From IMG/VR virus record IMGVR_UViG_3300032401_001514, positions 65,629 to 129,628 of that record: a DNA stretch of 64,000 bases, one strand, 5' to 3'. The position numbers and the translations under genes are program-made. The notes under the pieces were generated by a model that saw only the letters and a program-made list of their open reading frames with translations, did no database searches and was not told the DNA's origin. Numbering within the stretch: position 1 is the stretch's first letter; the number at the start of each line of letters is the position of its first letter. Below are positions 25,083-34,766 of the stretch, piece by piece. Origin of the DNA: a virus.

Positions 25083-28000
25083 TTAACGCTCTTCAATGTT
25101 TATAGTTACTACATTTGCTGTAATAAATTCGTTATCCTTGGCAGTAATACTTAATACAGAACCTGCCGTATTAGCATAATTAAAATATAGTATTATAGCT
25201 CTATCCACTCCGTTAACTGTATATGCAACATTTATTAAATCCGAAGAATCAATTGTAGTTCCTAAATTCTTAGCATTTAAAGCTGTTGTAACTGCGTCCT
25301 GTACATTTTGTTTAACTGTTGTTGTGTTGTTAATGAATTCTGTTGTAACAACAATATTCATAGTAACATCAATCGGAATTGAAGTTGCTGCTTTAACCAA
25401 AACGTCAGCTGTTATAGGCCTTGAATTTTCAATATTTAATGTTGAATCAGATATTAATTTATTAAAATTATATCTAATTATAATGCGCTCATTTGGTTTA
25501 GGCGCTAGATAATTATATGTCGTAGTATACCTAGCTCCAGTAATCGGTTGATTAGTATTTGTAATTGATAATGTGGCGCTGGATGAAGATCCGGATGTAA
25601 ACCCGCTAGATATGGATACAGTGTCAACAATTGCGAATATTTTATTTGTAAATAATGTTCCTCCACGACTGAAATAAACACTTTCGTTATCACTGTCAAA
25701 TATAATATGAAAAGTCACTCTTATCTTTTGACCAACGGTAGGCAAATTGGCTTCATTGTCAGCGGTGCTTGGCAATATAACTTCAGTATATGTTAATGAA
25801 GAATCTGCTATTGATTCGTCTTTAACAAATGTATTCTCTCTAAGATGATAGCCTTTTATATCATACGTATGATCAACGCTCAATACATCATTGTTAGATG
25901 TAGTAGTTACTCTTTCCATATTTATTATTCTGGCCAATTTCACATTACTTGGAACAGACTGATTGGAATTAAGTCCCAAAAATATTCGTATTGCTGAAGA
26001 CAAATTTAATTTTAATCCTGAATTTGTCACTGAAAATACAATGTCAGAAGCGCGGCTGATTGTTATTCCGGATATTGTTATGATGCCTGGTGAAATTGAG
26101 CCAGCAATACTTAATGCAAGCCTGCTGGGAGCTTGTCGTAAATTTTGAATTACTACGCCTGGAGATGAAAATATATGAGAAGTTGGTTGATTTCCAACAC
26201 CTGTTGCATTGCTAGTATTAAATACATTGCCGGAACGAACTGCTGGTAAATTAGCAAGTGTCGTAGAAGGCAATATAGCACTTACGTTTGCTATGTAATT
26301 TACTTCTACAATTGAACCAGCAGTAGCAATTGTTGATGGAACTATATTTATTATATTTTGATTAAAATTACCTTGGTAACCATCGGCGTTAAAAACATCA
26401 ACGGCATTATATACTACACTTGTTGTGTCACCAAAAACTGCTACAGTGTCAGTTGGCAAGAATATTGTAAGCCCGCTAAATGAACCATCAAATTTGCTTG
26501 TATCATATAATTCTGCGCCATCAGATGTTCTAATTACACTTACAACGTTTGTGACCGGCTGTGTCACAATTACAGACAATCTATTTTGGGTTAATGTTAC
26601 TGAGCTATTATTTGTTGCAAAAACATTAACATCTACTACTGTGCTTATTGGATGTGTAACAGTAACTAATAACGTTGATCCAGAGGCTATTAAAGTGGCA
26701 GTCTCTCTTCTTACATTATTGGAGAACCCCCAATCAACGCTATCTTTTACAGATCTGATATTCCTTCCATTCATTCTATTATCAAAATCAAAGTCCGCAT
26801 TATATTGGAAAACCCATGTGTAATCCACTTGTAAAATATCAGTGGCTGCTGGCAATGAATTTCCACTTATTATTATTCTTCCGGTTGTATTTACTGTTCC
26901 ACTGCCATCAGGGTTTTGACTTGTTACGACATATCGCTCGCCAGTCGTTGAATTAAAAACTCTAGTTACATTCTGTACAGGAGTGTGCGCCAATTGAATT
27001 GATGTGCGATCACTGCGGCTTATTTTGCTGTTTTCATTAACTACATTTATATTTTGAGTAACATTTGATATTTTCAAAACATCTGGGTAACTTAATGCAT
27101 CTTGACCATTAAAAGTTAATTTAGTATTGTTTTCTTGAAGATCAGAAATTTGATTAGAAATAAAATGTAATTTATCAAAGCCCCATGGCGAGCCTGCAAA
27201 CTCTCCAGTATCTCTTATTAATTGGTAATTACCGCTTTCTCTTCCTAATGAATCAACTGTTCTTTCAATAAAATTTGAACCGCTAATAGAGCCGCTAATT
27301 TTAACAAGGTTATTGACTGGCTGTTCTGGCAAAATATCAGTTTTAAGATCATCTATACGTTTGCGTGTTACTGTTTTTCCGGCATCAGCATCAATTTGGC
27401 CCAATACAAAATCATTAAGATAGTTCGTAGGGTCGCCAGTATTGCTTAAATCTCTATAAATAAAGCTATCTACTGTTTCTAATAATCTGGTGCCGAAAAT
27501 ATAAATATCTACTTTGCCACCAGTTCCTTCGGAAATAATTATTTCGTTACCATTTTCATCAGTAATAACCTGAGTGCCATCACGAGTCATTAAAATATCG
27601 CCAGGTTCAATTACAATGGCATCTAAAACAGCAGGATCTATGTTTACAGCATTTCTGTAACCCAAAGATGTACCAGTATTAGCTCCGCTGAATATTCCTA
27701 AAATACGACCTCTAAAAGAGGCGTCATCTTCAGATTGACCTCCTCCTCCGAACGGCTGTACGTTTGTAATATTCGAGACTCCTTGAATTTGTGTTCCGGA
27801 TAATGAATATTTTGAGATGTTACCTTGCACTCCAGCCGCAGATGATTCTACCAATACTGATACTGCATATTGATCTGAAATACCGACAAAATCTAAATCG
27901 GACCTATTTTGAGCAGCGATAGCTCTATACGAGTTAGCAAATACTGGATTAACCACGGTACCTGTTGAAACAACGAATGAGGCTCCATTTCTAGCCGTCA

Positions 28001-28322
28001 CTATACTTCCTTGATTAATTGGGATATCAGCCTCTAAAGAGGCAAATGTCAATAATGCTGGACCGCTGGATTTTGTTCCACGTTGTCTGATTGCCCCGAA
28101 GTTAGAACCCAATCTATCTAAATCAATACCAATGGCTAATCGCAAAGATTGTTTGCTAGAAACGCGCGCAAGCTCTTCATAAAGACGGCTTAATTGAATT
28201 GATGGACCATCAATAACCAAATCTCTTGAAACTGTTCCAGGCTTAGTATCTAGATTCGGTTGAGCCGTTCTTAAATACTCAAGAAGGCTTAATACTATCT
28301 CGTTATGAGTGCGAATACGCAT
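25083..28322 (-). CDS. Enlarged baseplate J-like (T4 gp6-like) wedge protein
   Basis: 1079 aa with J motifs LDTKPGTVSRDL, LDRLGSNFG..RQ, GVQGN, VSNITN, GGGQSEDDASFR and C-terminal SDLINVAYTVNGVD. Confidence 0.88.
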   Translation of the reverse strand: MRIRTHNEIVLSLLEYLRTAQPNLDTKPGTVSRDLVIDGPSIQLSRLYEELARVSSKQSLRLAIGIDLDRLGSNFGAIRQRGTKSSGPALLTFASLEADIPINQGSIVTARNGASFVVSTGTVVNPVFANSYRAIAAQNRSDLDFVGISDQYAVSVLVESSAAGVQGNISKYSLSGTQIQGVSNITNVQPFGGGGQSEDDASFRGRILGIFSGANTGTSLGYRNAVNIDPAVLDAIVIEPGDILMTRDGTQVITDENGNEIIISEGTGGKVDIYIFGTRLLETVDSFIYRDLSNTGDPTNYLNDFVLGQIDADAGKTVTRKRIDDLKTDILPEQPVNNLVKISGSISGSNFIERTVDSLGRESGNYQLIRDTGEFAGSPWGFDKLHFISNQISDLQENNTKLTFNGQDALSYPDVLKISNVTQNINVVNENSKISRSDRTSIQLAHTPVQNVTRVFNSTTGERYVVTSQNPDGSGTVNTTGRIIISGNSLPAATDILQVDYTWVFQYNADFDFDNRMNGRNIRSVKDSVDWGFSNNVRRETATLIASGSTLLVTVTHPISTVVDVNVFATNNSSVTLTQNRLSVIVTQPVTNVVSVIRTSDGAELYDTSKFDGSFSGLTIFLPTDTVAVFGDTTSVVYNAVDVFNADGYQGNFNQNIINIVPSTIATAGSIVEVNYIANVSAILPSTTLANLPAVRSGNVFNTSNATGVGNQPTSHIFSSPGVVIQNLRQAPSRLALSIAGSISPGIITISGITISRASDIVFSVTNSGLKLNLSSAIRIFLGLNSNQSVPSNVKLARIINMERVTTTSNNDVLSVDHTYDIKGYHLRENTFVKDESIADSSLTYTEVILPSTADNEANLPTVGQKIRVTFHIIFDSDNESVYFSRGGTLFTNKIFAIVDTVSISSGFTSGSSSSATLSITNTNQPITGARYTTTYNYLAPKPNERIIIRYNFNKLISDSTLNIENSRPITADVLVKAATSIPIDVTMNIVVTTEFINNTTTVKQNVQDAVTTALNAKNLGTTIDSSDLINVAYTVNGVDRAIILYFNYANTAGSVLSITAKDNEFITANVVTINIEER

Positions 28323-28332
28323 TTATTTATAC

Positions 28333-28791
28333 CTATAAATTATTTACCGAAAATGAAGTTCTTACAGTTGATAAGCCTTTTGTTAATACTGCCACAAAAA
28401 CAGAAAACATTGTTGGATCTACCGGGTTTCTATTTACATCAACGCTTCTGATTGCTGCCAACAATTCATTTGGAGTAACTTTTTGAACTGCTGTTTGGGC
28501 CTTTTGAAGATTTTGCATTGTTTCTAACGCGCTATTTATTTGACTACTAGCTATTTTTATTAAAAATTCCTCTTCAAATACATTACCAACCAACGTGTTA
28601 GAAATTAATGATCCGTACCAAGTATGAAAAGGATTGCCGCCAAGTGGTGTTAATAAAATTTTAAGAACATCTTGAATTAATTTATCGGTATCTTCCACGC
28701 GATCAAAATCTGCATCGGAGCCTATTGCTAAATCGCCTTGTGATATTCTTAAATCAAATGACATGTTATCCCTGAGTTCCGTCGCCACCAT
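28333..28791 (-). CDS. gp25/GPW-like baseplate sheath-initiator protein
   Basis: 152 aa (real start probably MSFDL); KLIQDVLKILLTPLGGNPFHTWYGS motif; immediately upstream of J. Confidence 0.8.
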   Translation of the reverse strand: MVATELRDNMSFDLRISQGDLAIGSDADFDRVEDTDKLIQDVLKILLTPLGGNPFHTWYGSLISNTLVGNVFEEEFLIKIASSQINSALETMQNLQKAQTAVQKVTPNELLAAIRSVDVNRNPVDPTMFSVFVAVLTKGLSTVRTSFSVNNL

Positions 28792-30454
28792 CTGCTTGTG
28801 TAGGAGAATTCCTTTTTTGTGTCATAATCTTATCAGCAAATGATAGGATATTAAACAATTTATCTTGAAATTTTTGCAAAACCAATATGCCGTTTAATTT
28901 TTCACCGTTATTTCTACTTTCTACATCGGTGGTTCTAAGATCTGTATTAAAATCATATAAACGATTAAACGCTGAATCATCCAAAAAACCTATCAAAGTC
29001 TTTATATCTATGGCCCATAATGCAGTGTATATAGCCAAAACATCAATTAAACCAAGGCCACTAATTTCCCCTGTAATTTTTTCTATATCAGCTAAAATCT
29101 CTAACATTTTACTAGAATGAGAATCTCTGTCATTTTCTAATCTTTGTATTTCGGTATTATAATCTCTTTCAGCCGATGCTATTACAGGCACGGCAAATAA
29201 TGAGCTTATGTCTGTATTGCCTCCGCCAATTGTTTGCGCAGTAACTTTATTTTTATATAATTGTAATTGTTGTTGTAATTTTAATCTAGCTATTTTTGTA
29301 TTTAATAAAGAATTTTTCTGAACTGAATTTTCTTGACTTGAAAATGTTCTTATATACGCAGCTGTTTTTCCTGTTCCTAAAAATTCAGGACCTTCTATAC
29401 TTGGTACCGGTTCCAAATCATATTCAGAATAAATCTTATTAAATTCTACAATATCTTCATCAAGTTTTTCAACAACAGCTTTTATAGTTTTTACTAATGT
29501 TGTTAACATTACGGTTTGTGTAGTAGTAAATCCCTGAATGGTTTGTAAAACAACATTGTCATTAACATCATTTTGACCTACTAATGCTGATACGGTATCA
29601 CGAATGGTTGTTGCTGACTCTGATTTAGTTGACGGATTTTTGTTAGATAATATATGTTGTGCTTCTTTTAAAAATTCGGAATCAATAGTAGTATCTGCCA
29701 ATCTAATACGACAAATAAATTCAATAGCCGGTCGTTTTAATAATTTATCTTTTGATAAACTTGCGTCTTCCATAGTTGGTAAAAATGGAACAGCAATCAT
29801 ATATTCGGCAGGATATATCGTATCATTAATCATCGGATCAACTATAAATGGTTTCAAAATATGATTGCCTTCAGAAAACTTATTAGCAATAGGGTTATTA
29901 AATGCTGTTTTTCTATCAGATATTTCGAAATTTTGAGGATCTATATCTAAAGGACCAAGGTTGAGATCCATTACCATAAAAGGTTTAATAAATCTTAACG
30001 CTAATGCATAAACAGAAGAAGGAAAGTCTTGGTTAGCAAATACTAAACGCCGTTCCTCAACGATAGCTTCTCGTAACATCAATGCGGTTTGTAGTGGTGA
30101 CAAAATTATATTGCTTTTTATATATATTTGCATTGTGCTTTCATTGTCTGGGTCAAATCCAGAATTGAAAAAATTTCCAGTTTCATCCATAATTGGAAAT
30201 CCTAACGTTCTTAAAAAAGCACTTATTCTGCTTTCTATTGCTCTATTTGTGTTTATATCAATTCCTGCAAAATTATATTTTTTCTTTGAACCATCATTGC
30301 GAGTAACTTCAGTAGCAGCAATTGATGCTGGTTTAGACCTGCTACGAACAGCATCAATCGGTGTTAAATACTTACTAGCAAGATTGTTAATATCGGCATT
30401 AATACCATTGATATCATCAATATTGCTTTCAATAACAGTTTTTAATTTAACCAT
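28766..30454 (-). CDS. Hypothetical, largely helical virion/baseplate-associated protein
   Basis: 562 aa between the spike region and gp25-like gene; coiled-coil C-terminal half. Confidence 0.5.
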   Translation of the reverse strand: MVKLKTVIESNIDDINGINADINNLASKYLTPIDAVRSRSKPASIAATEVTRNDGSKKKYNFAGIDINTNRAIESRISAFLRTLGFPIMDETGNFFNSGFDPDNESTMQIYIKSNIILSPLQTALMLREAIVEERRLVFANQDFPSSVYALALRFIKPFMVMDLNLGPLDIDPQNFEISDRKTAFNNPIANKFSEGNHILKPFIVDPMINDTIYPAEYMIAVPFLPTMEDASLSKDKLLKRPAIEFICRIRLADTTIDSEFLKEAQHILSNKNPSTKSESATTIRDTVSALVGQNDVNDNVVLQTIQGFTTTQTVMLTTLVKTIKAVVEKLDEDIVEFNKIYSEYDLEPVPSIEGPEFLGTGKTAAYIRTFSSQENSVQKNSLLNTKIARLKLQQQLQLYKNKVTAQTIGGGNTDISSLFAVPVIASAERDYNTEIQRLENDRDSHSSKMLEILADIEKITGEISGLGLIDVLAIYTALWAIDIKTLIGFLDDSAFNRLYDFNTDLRTTDVESRNNGEKLNGILVLQKFQDKLFNILSFADKIMTQKRNSPTQADGGDGTQG

Positions 30455-30462
30455 AATTAACT

Positions 30463-32571
30463 TTAATCTCTTGAAGCGTCAGAAGAATCACGACGCGGCA
30501 TAGCTTCCTGTGTAGAATCAGCTCCAACACCAGTGCCAATAAATGTAAATGGAATTTTAACTTCTTCAATTACAGAAGGAGTTGTATCACTACTTAGATT
30601 TAATACAGTGTTAAATGTATTATTATTAAAAGATACAGTTAAATATCCATCACCAGGAGCGCTGCTTGTAATATCTGCATTAAAAACAGTATAACCATCA
30701 TATACAAAATTAGTAATATCACCCAATGTAACACTGCCTTGTATCTGGGCCGCCACTACATCAGAAACAACATTTGGTAAATTAGTACAAATGTTTGTTC
30801 CGCCAGCATCTTTCAACATTACTGTAGCTTTTATTTTTCTGGTAATGAATTGAATGCTTGGATCAATTGTTGCCGTACTTGTAAACACACTGGCGCCGCT
30901 CTGAATTAATTTGGCAACATATGTTTGGGCGTCTTGTTGATATTTGCTTAAGCAACTTGTGATTGCTAGTTGTGCTAATGCTACGTTTTGAGCAGACACA
31001 TTAGTTCTAAGTTGAGCCATTGCTTTAGCTGCGCAATCTTGAGCAACAGTTATATTTGGAGTTGGGCCGACCTGAGTAATAACAGAATCAATTATGCCAG
31101 CTCGCGTATTTACTATTAATCTTTCAATAGCTAATGATGGTATACAGCCTAATGTTATTAATCCAAAATTCATTAATATTGGATGATTAATATTCAAATC
31201 AAATTGTATATCTGATTTATAATAACCGTCATTAGAAATAGATGATGCTATAATAACAGGATCTGAATGAATAAACGTTTCTAATGTTGCCTGAACACCA
31301 TTTACTAAATATGCTGTGGCTCCATCAGCTTCGTATACTTTTCCGCCAGATATTGGTAAAGTTCCGGTGTCATTAAATGATGTATTAATTTGATTATCAT
31401 AATCATAAATACCAACAAACGGTCTATTAACAATCATATTTTTGATTATAAATGTTCTGGCTCCACCTGTATCTAAAGGCTGAAATACTTTCGGGTCAAA
31501 ATTATTAATTGTAATTGTTAGTGAATAAGGAATTTTAGATACATTCGCTGTACTCTCATAAAATTGTCCATCTGGAAAAAATGTGTTTTCAGTCGGTGGG
31601 TTCACTCCATTATCAATAACAACATCAATAATTTCTTTAAATTTATATTGTTGATTACTAGCTTGATTTACAAACTGCCATTTTTCTTCTCTGGTTGGAT
31701 TGAGCGATGAACTTGGAAAACCTGGGAAGCCACTAGTATCTGGTAATATAGCTTTGAAATAAACTAACTCTCCGCTCACACCAATCAAACTTTCATTGTT
31801 AGAAATGAAAGCTGGACAGACAGCAGAGTCACAACAGCCTACATCGTCACCAGAACTACTACCAGTGTCACCACATATAGTTCTTCCTCCAATTCCAGCA
31901 AGAGCTTCAAACACAGATAATATTGCTGCTACCGCTACTAAGACAGCTAACAAATTATCAATTAAACACAATAACTGAGCAATTTTTTGTGCAGCCGCAA
32001 TCGTAGCATCTTCATTTTGTAAATTAAGTCCTTCGCCAACAACAAGTAAATTTTTAATTATTTCTTTAAAAAACGCAATTAAACGATTAATAATATATTC
32101 TATAAGAGCCAAAATTAATAAAAACAACGCTATCAACATTGCTAATAAAGCTAACCAAGGAAATAGATTTAAAAAGTCCGGCAAGCAACGTTTAAACAAC
32201 CTTGTCATTGCCCTTACTAATCTAAAAGGATTTGGCAGAGTGCATAATACTTCTATAATGCAAAGTATTATATTTAAAGCTGCTTGAAAAAATTTATATA
32301 AACCAATAAATGGCGCTATTTGACTTAGCACGCTAGAAATAGCTTTAAGAATACTGTTTGTTAAATCATCTAGATTTGGTGTAAAATCAATAGATGGAAA
32401 TAACGCAGTAAATTTATTTAATAAATCTAATATGTTTTCTGGGAATCCTGTTGGAAAGGTAAAATCCGGCAACGGAACTGACAGAGGGCTAAAAGGGATC
32501 CCGAATCCAGGGATTGGAATACCTGGAATAAACGCTGGGTTTAGGCTGTTGTCATTTGGTGAACATGGCAC
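30463..32571 (-). CDS. Putative virion protein with long hydrophobic helical N-terminus and C-terminal Ig-like (Big-1/invasin-like) domain
   Basis: 702 aa, GTG start. Hydrophobic stretches WLALLAMLIALFLLILALIEYII and LLAVLVAVAAILSVF. C-terminal TVMLKDAGG...ADITSSAPGDGYLTVSFN. Confidence 0.55.
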   Translation of the reverse strand: MPCSPNDNSLNPAFIPGIPIPGFGIPFSPLSVPLPDFTFPTGFPENILDLLNKFTALFPSIDFTPNLDDLTNSILKAISSVLSQIAPFIGLYKFFQAALNIILCIIEVLCTLPNPFRLVRAMTRLFKRCLPDFLNLFPWLALLAMLIALFLLILALIEYIINRLIAFFKEIIKNLLVVGEGLNLQNEDATIAAAQKIAQLLCLIDNLLAVLVAVAAILSVFEALAGIGGRTICGDTGSSSGDDVGCCDSAVCPAFISNNESLIGVSGELVYFKAILPDTSGFPGFPSSSLNPTREEKWQFVNQASNQQYKFKEIIDVVIDNGVNPPTENTFFPDGQFYESTANVSKIPYSLTITINNFDPKVFQPLDTGGARTFIIKNMIVNRPFVGIYDYDNQINTSFNDTGTLPISGGKVYEADGATAYLVNGVQATLETFIHSDPVIIASSISNDGYYKSDIQFDLNINHPILMNFGLITLGCIPSLAIERLIVNTRAGIIDSVITQVGPTPNITVAQDCAAKAMAQLRTNVSAQNVALAQLAITSCLSKYQQDAQTYVAKLIQSGASVFTSTATIDPSIQFITRKIKATVMLKDAGGTNICTNLPNVVSDVVAAQIQGSVTLGDITNFVYDGYTVFNADITSSAPGDGYLTVSFNNNTFNTVLNLSSDTTPSVIEEVKIPFTFIGTGVGADSTQEAMPRRDSSDASRD

Positions 32572-32653
32572 GATTTATTTATCTCTTTTTAGTAAGTTTG
32601 CTTTTGAATAAATTTTGGTTTCAATACTCATCTCATCACACTATATATCCTAA

Positions 32654-34762
32654 TTAAATTTCTTTACCATTCCTTAAGAAACGACGTTGATTGTCAGATG
32701 TAGAAAACATTATGGCTTCTTCACAATCAAAATGTATTGCTCCGTTTGCTCTAAAAACCATATCTTGAGCTGATACAATTTCAACACGGCCATAACTAGC
32801 AATCTTTAATCCATCACCATCTATTCTAATTACAAATAATTGACCGCCGTTGCTGCCTTGTGATGAACCCTGAACAACACGCATATCAAATACTCCCTGT
32901 CTATAAGCATCATTTTGATTAGCGAATCGGCTATCTGTTCCATTTCCTATTGTAGAACCGCCTATTTGAATAAGTATATCTCCGTCGTAATTTCCAACAT
33001 AACTTCTTCCTCGTAAATCCCTGCCTATATTAGAAACTATGCCTCCTGCATAATCTAGCCATAAAGATTGACGGTCTATTGTATTAGCTCCTATATTTAC
33101 CGATAAAAATCCGTCAAGGTTAATGGAACCGCTTCGACCTCCAGCATTGGCATTATCTCCAGAATTCATTATGATATCAGTAACTATAGTGTCTATTGGC
33201 GGGAGAGCATTTAAACTAGATCTGCTCGTCGGAGAAGACCCACTAGAACCAGGATTAATAAGAGTTCCTGTATCTCTGTTTTGAAACTGAAGACAAGTAT
33301 TCAATATATTATGAAAAGCCGTTCCATATTTAATTGGAGCATCCTCTCTTAATCTATCAAAAGGAACAGAGCCTTGGCCCGCCGGATCTGTAAGAAAAAT
33401 AGAGGCGTCATTTGAAAAATCATCATGAAAAATATCTTGTTTACTTATTTCGCCATCAACTTCTATTCTGCCAAATAAATTAGGATCTGCAATATCGCCT
33501 TGCGCAAATAAAATACTGGAACCAGTTTCATATCTTGTTAATAATGGAACGTTACCAGTTTCGCTGGATGAAGGGATATTAATTTTAAATTGCCCCTCTT
33601 TGTCAATGTCAATAAAAAACCTACTTCTATCTCTGCCGTAATCAGGAGCGTGACCAGTTATATTTGAAACAGCAAGAACGTCGGGTGGCACAAAGATATC
33701 ATCATTACCAGATCTTTTTCTGGCATTGATTTCAAAATGATATGCTATTGCTTTTCTATGAAGCGCCCGAATTCTTCTGAAAGCATCAACGTTCCCTTCT
33801 TTATTTCTATTAAAAGAAAAGTCATCTTCTTTTCCAATCGGAATAACACTTCTATTAAGATCAAGAATGTTTCCTAATGAATCAACAGCTGTTCCTTTAA
33901 TAATCTCCATTAAATGATTGGGATAATTTAAATTAAGATTAAAAACGTCAGAACGACTATCGGTTCTCATTACCCCAATTTGTTTTTGAGGCGTTTTGTT
34001 ATCGCTATATAATGTTGATTCTTGAATATCATTCGTAAAATTATGTCCATTACTATTTGCAAATTCATATACAATCTCATGATCTTCAACTAAAGGCAAA
34101 TTACGAACCTGCGAACTTGTAGTTACAAAGGCCGGTTTAATTGAACTGTCCATGCTGACATCAAACATTGTGTCGCTATATTCGTGAGAAGTTAATATAG
34201 AAGATGTAGTGTCTCTCAATTCATTTTGTGATAAATCCCTCTCTATTCTGCCTTTAATCACACGATGAGCTTCTGTGAAAGACATTTCTGTACCATATTT
34301 ATGACTAACAATATCACGAATAGGATCAAATTGAGAATTCTTACTTGTAGATCCGATATTGGTTCCATCAATAGGGTCTACATATAATCTGTTTCTAACT
34401 CCTTTTGTAGCAGCCGTTTGAAGCAAAATACGGCCAGCAGAAAATTCGGACATTATATTTCTGCTGGAACCGCTAGTTCCTCCAGCATTTAAATTTCTAA
34501 ATATATTATCAGAGCGTATATAAGATAAAATAAACCATTCGCCTCCATGACCACGTTGTATAATTACTGGGGCTCCTGTTGGTGGAAATCCTGCTATAAT
34601 CTCACCATTAGGACCTGACCAAGATAACGGCACATGAGCGTCATATTCTAATTTGTTTTCACCAATGCGTCTTTCATCAACGGCAACACGCACTGAGCCA
34701 TTGCCATTATAAAAACGGATGGTTGCGCGGCGAATTTGTGGGACGTTAAATACTTCTACCAT
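32654..34762 (-). CDS. Baseplate central spike (gp5/gpV/VgrG-like)
   Basis: 702 aa; N-terminal OB-fold-like AGFPPTGAPVII; C-terminal beta-strand repeats IRIDGDGLKIASYGRVEIVSAQDMVF; follows the hub. Confidence 0.65.
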   Translation of the reverse strand: MVEVFNVPQIRRATIRFYNGNGSVRVAVDERRIGENKLEYDAHVPLSWSGPNGEIIAGFPPTGAPVIIQRGHGGEWFILSYIRSDNIFRNLNAGGTSGSSRNIMSEFSAGRILLQTAATKGVRNRLYVDPIDGTNIGSTSKNSQFDPIRDIVSHKYGTEMSFTEAHRVIKGRIERDLSQNELRDTTSSILTSHEYSDTMFDVSMDSSIKPAFVTTSSQVRNLPLVEDHEIVYEFANSNGHNFTNDIQESTLYSDNKTPQKQIGVMRTDSRSDVFNLNLNYPNHLMEIIKGTAVDSLGNILDLNRSVIPIGKEDDFSFNRNKEGNVDAFRRIRALHRKAIAYHFEINARKRSGNDDIFVPPDVLAVSNITGHAPDYGRDRSRFFIDIDKEGQFKINIPSSSETGNVPLLTRYETGSSILFAQGDIADPNLFGRIEVDGEISKQDIFHDDFSNDASIFLTDPAGQGSVPFDRLREDAPIKYGTAFHNILNTCLQFQNRDTGTLINPGSSGSSPTSRSSLNALPPIDTIVTDIIMNSGDNANAGGRSGSINLDGFLSVNIGANTIDRQSLWLDYAGGIVSNIGRDLRGRSYVGNYDGDILIQIGGSTIGNGTDSRFANQNDAYRQGVFDMRVVQGSSQGSNGGQLFVIRIDGDGLKIASYGRVEIVSAQDMVFRANGAIHFDCEEAIMFSTSDNQRRFLRNGKEI

Positions 34763-34766
34763 TTGA

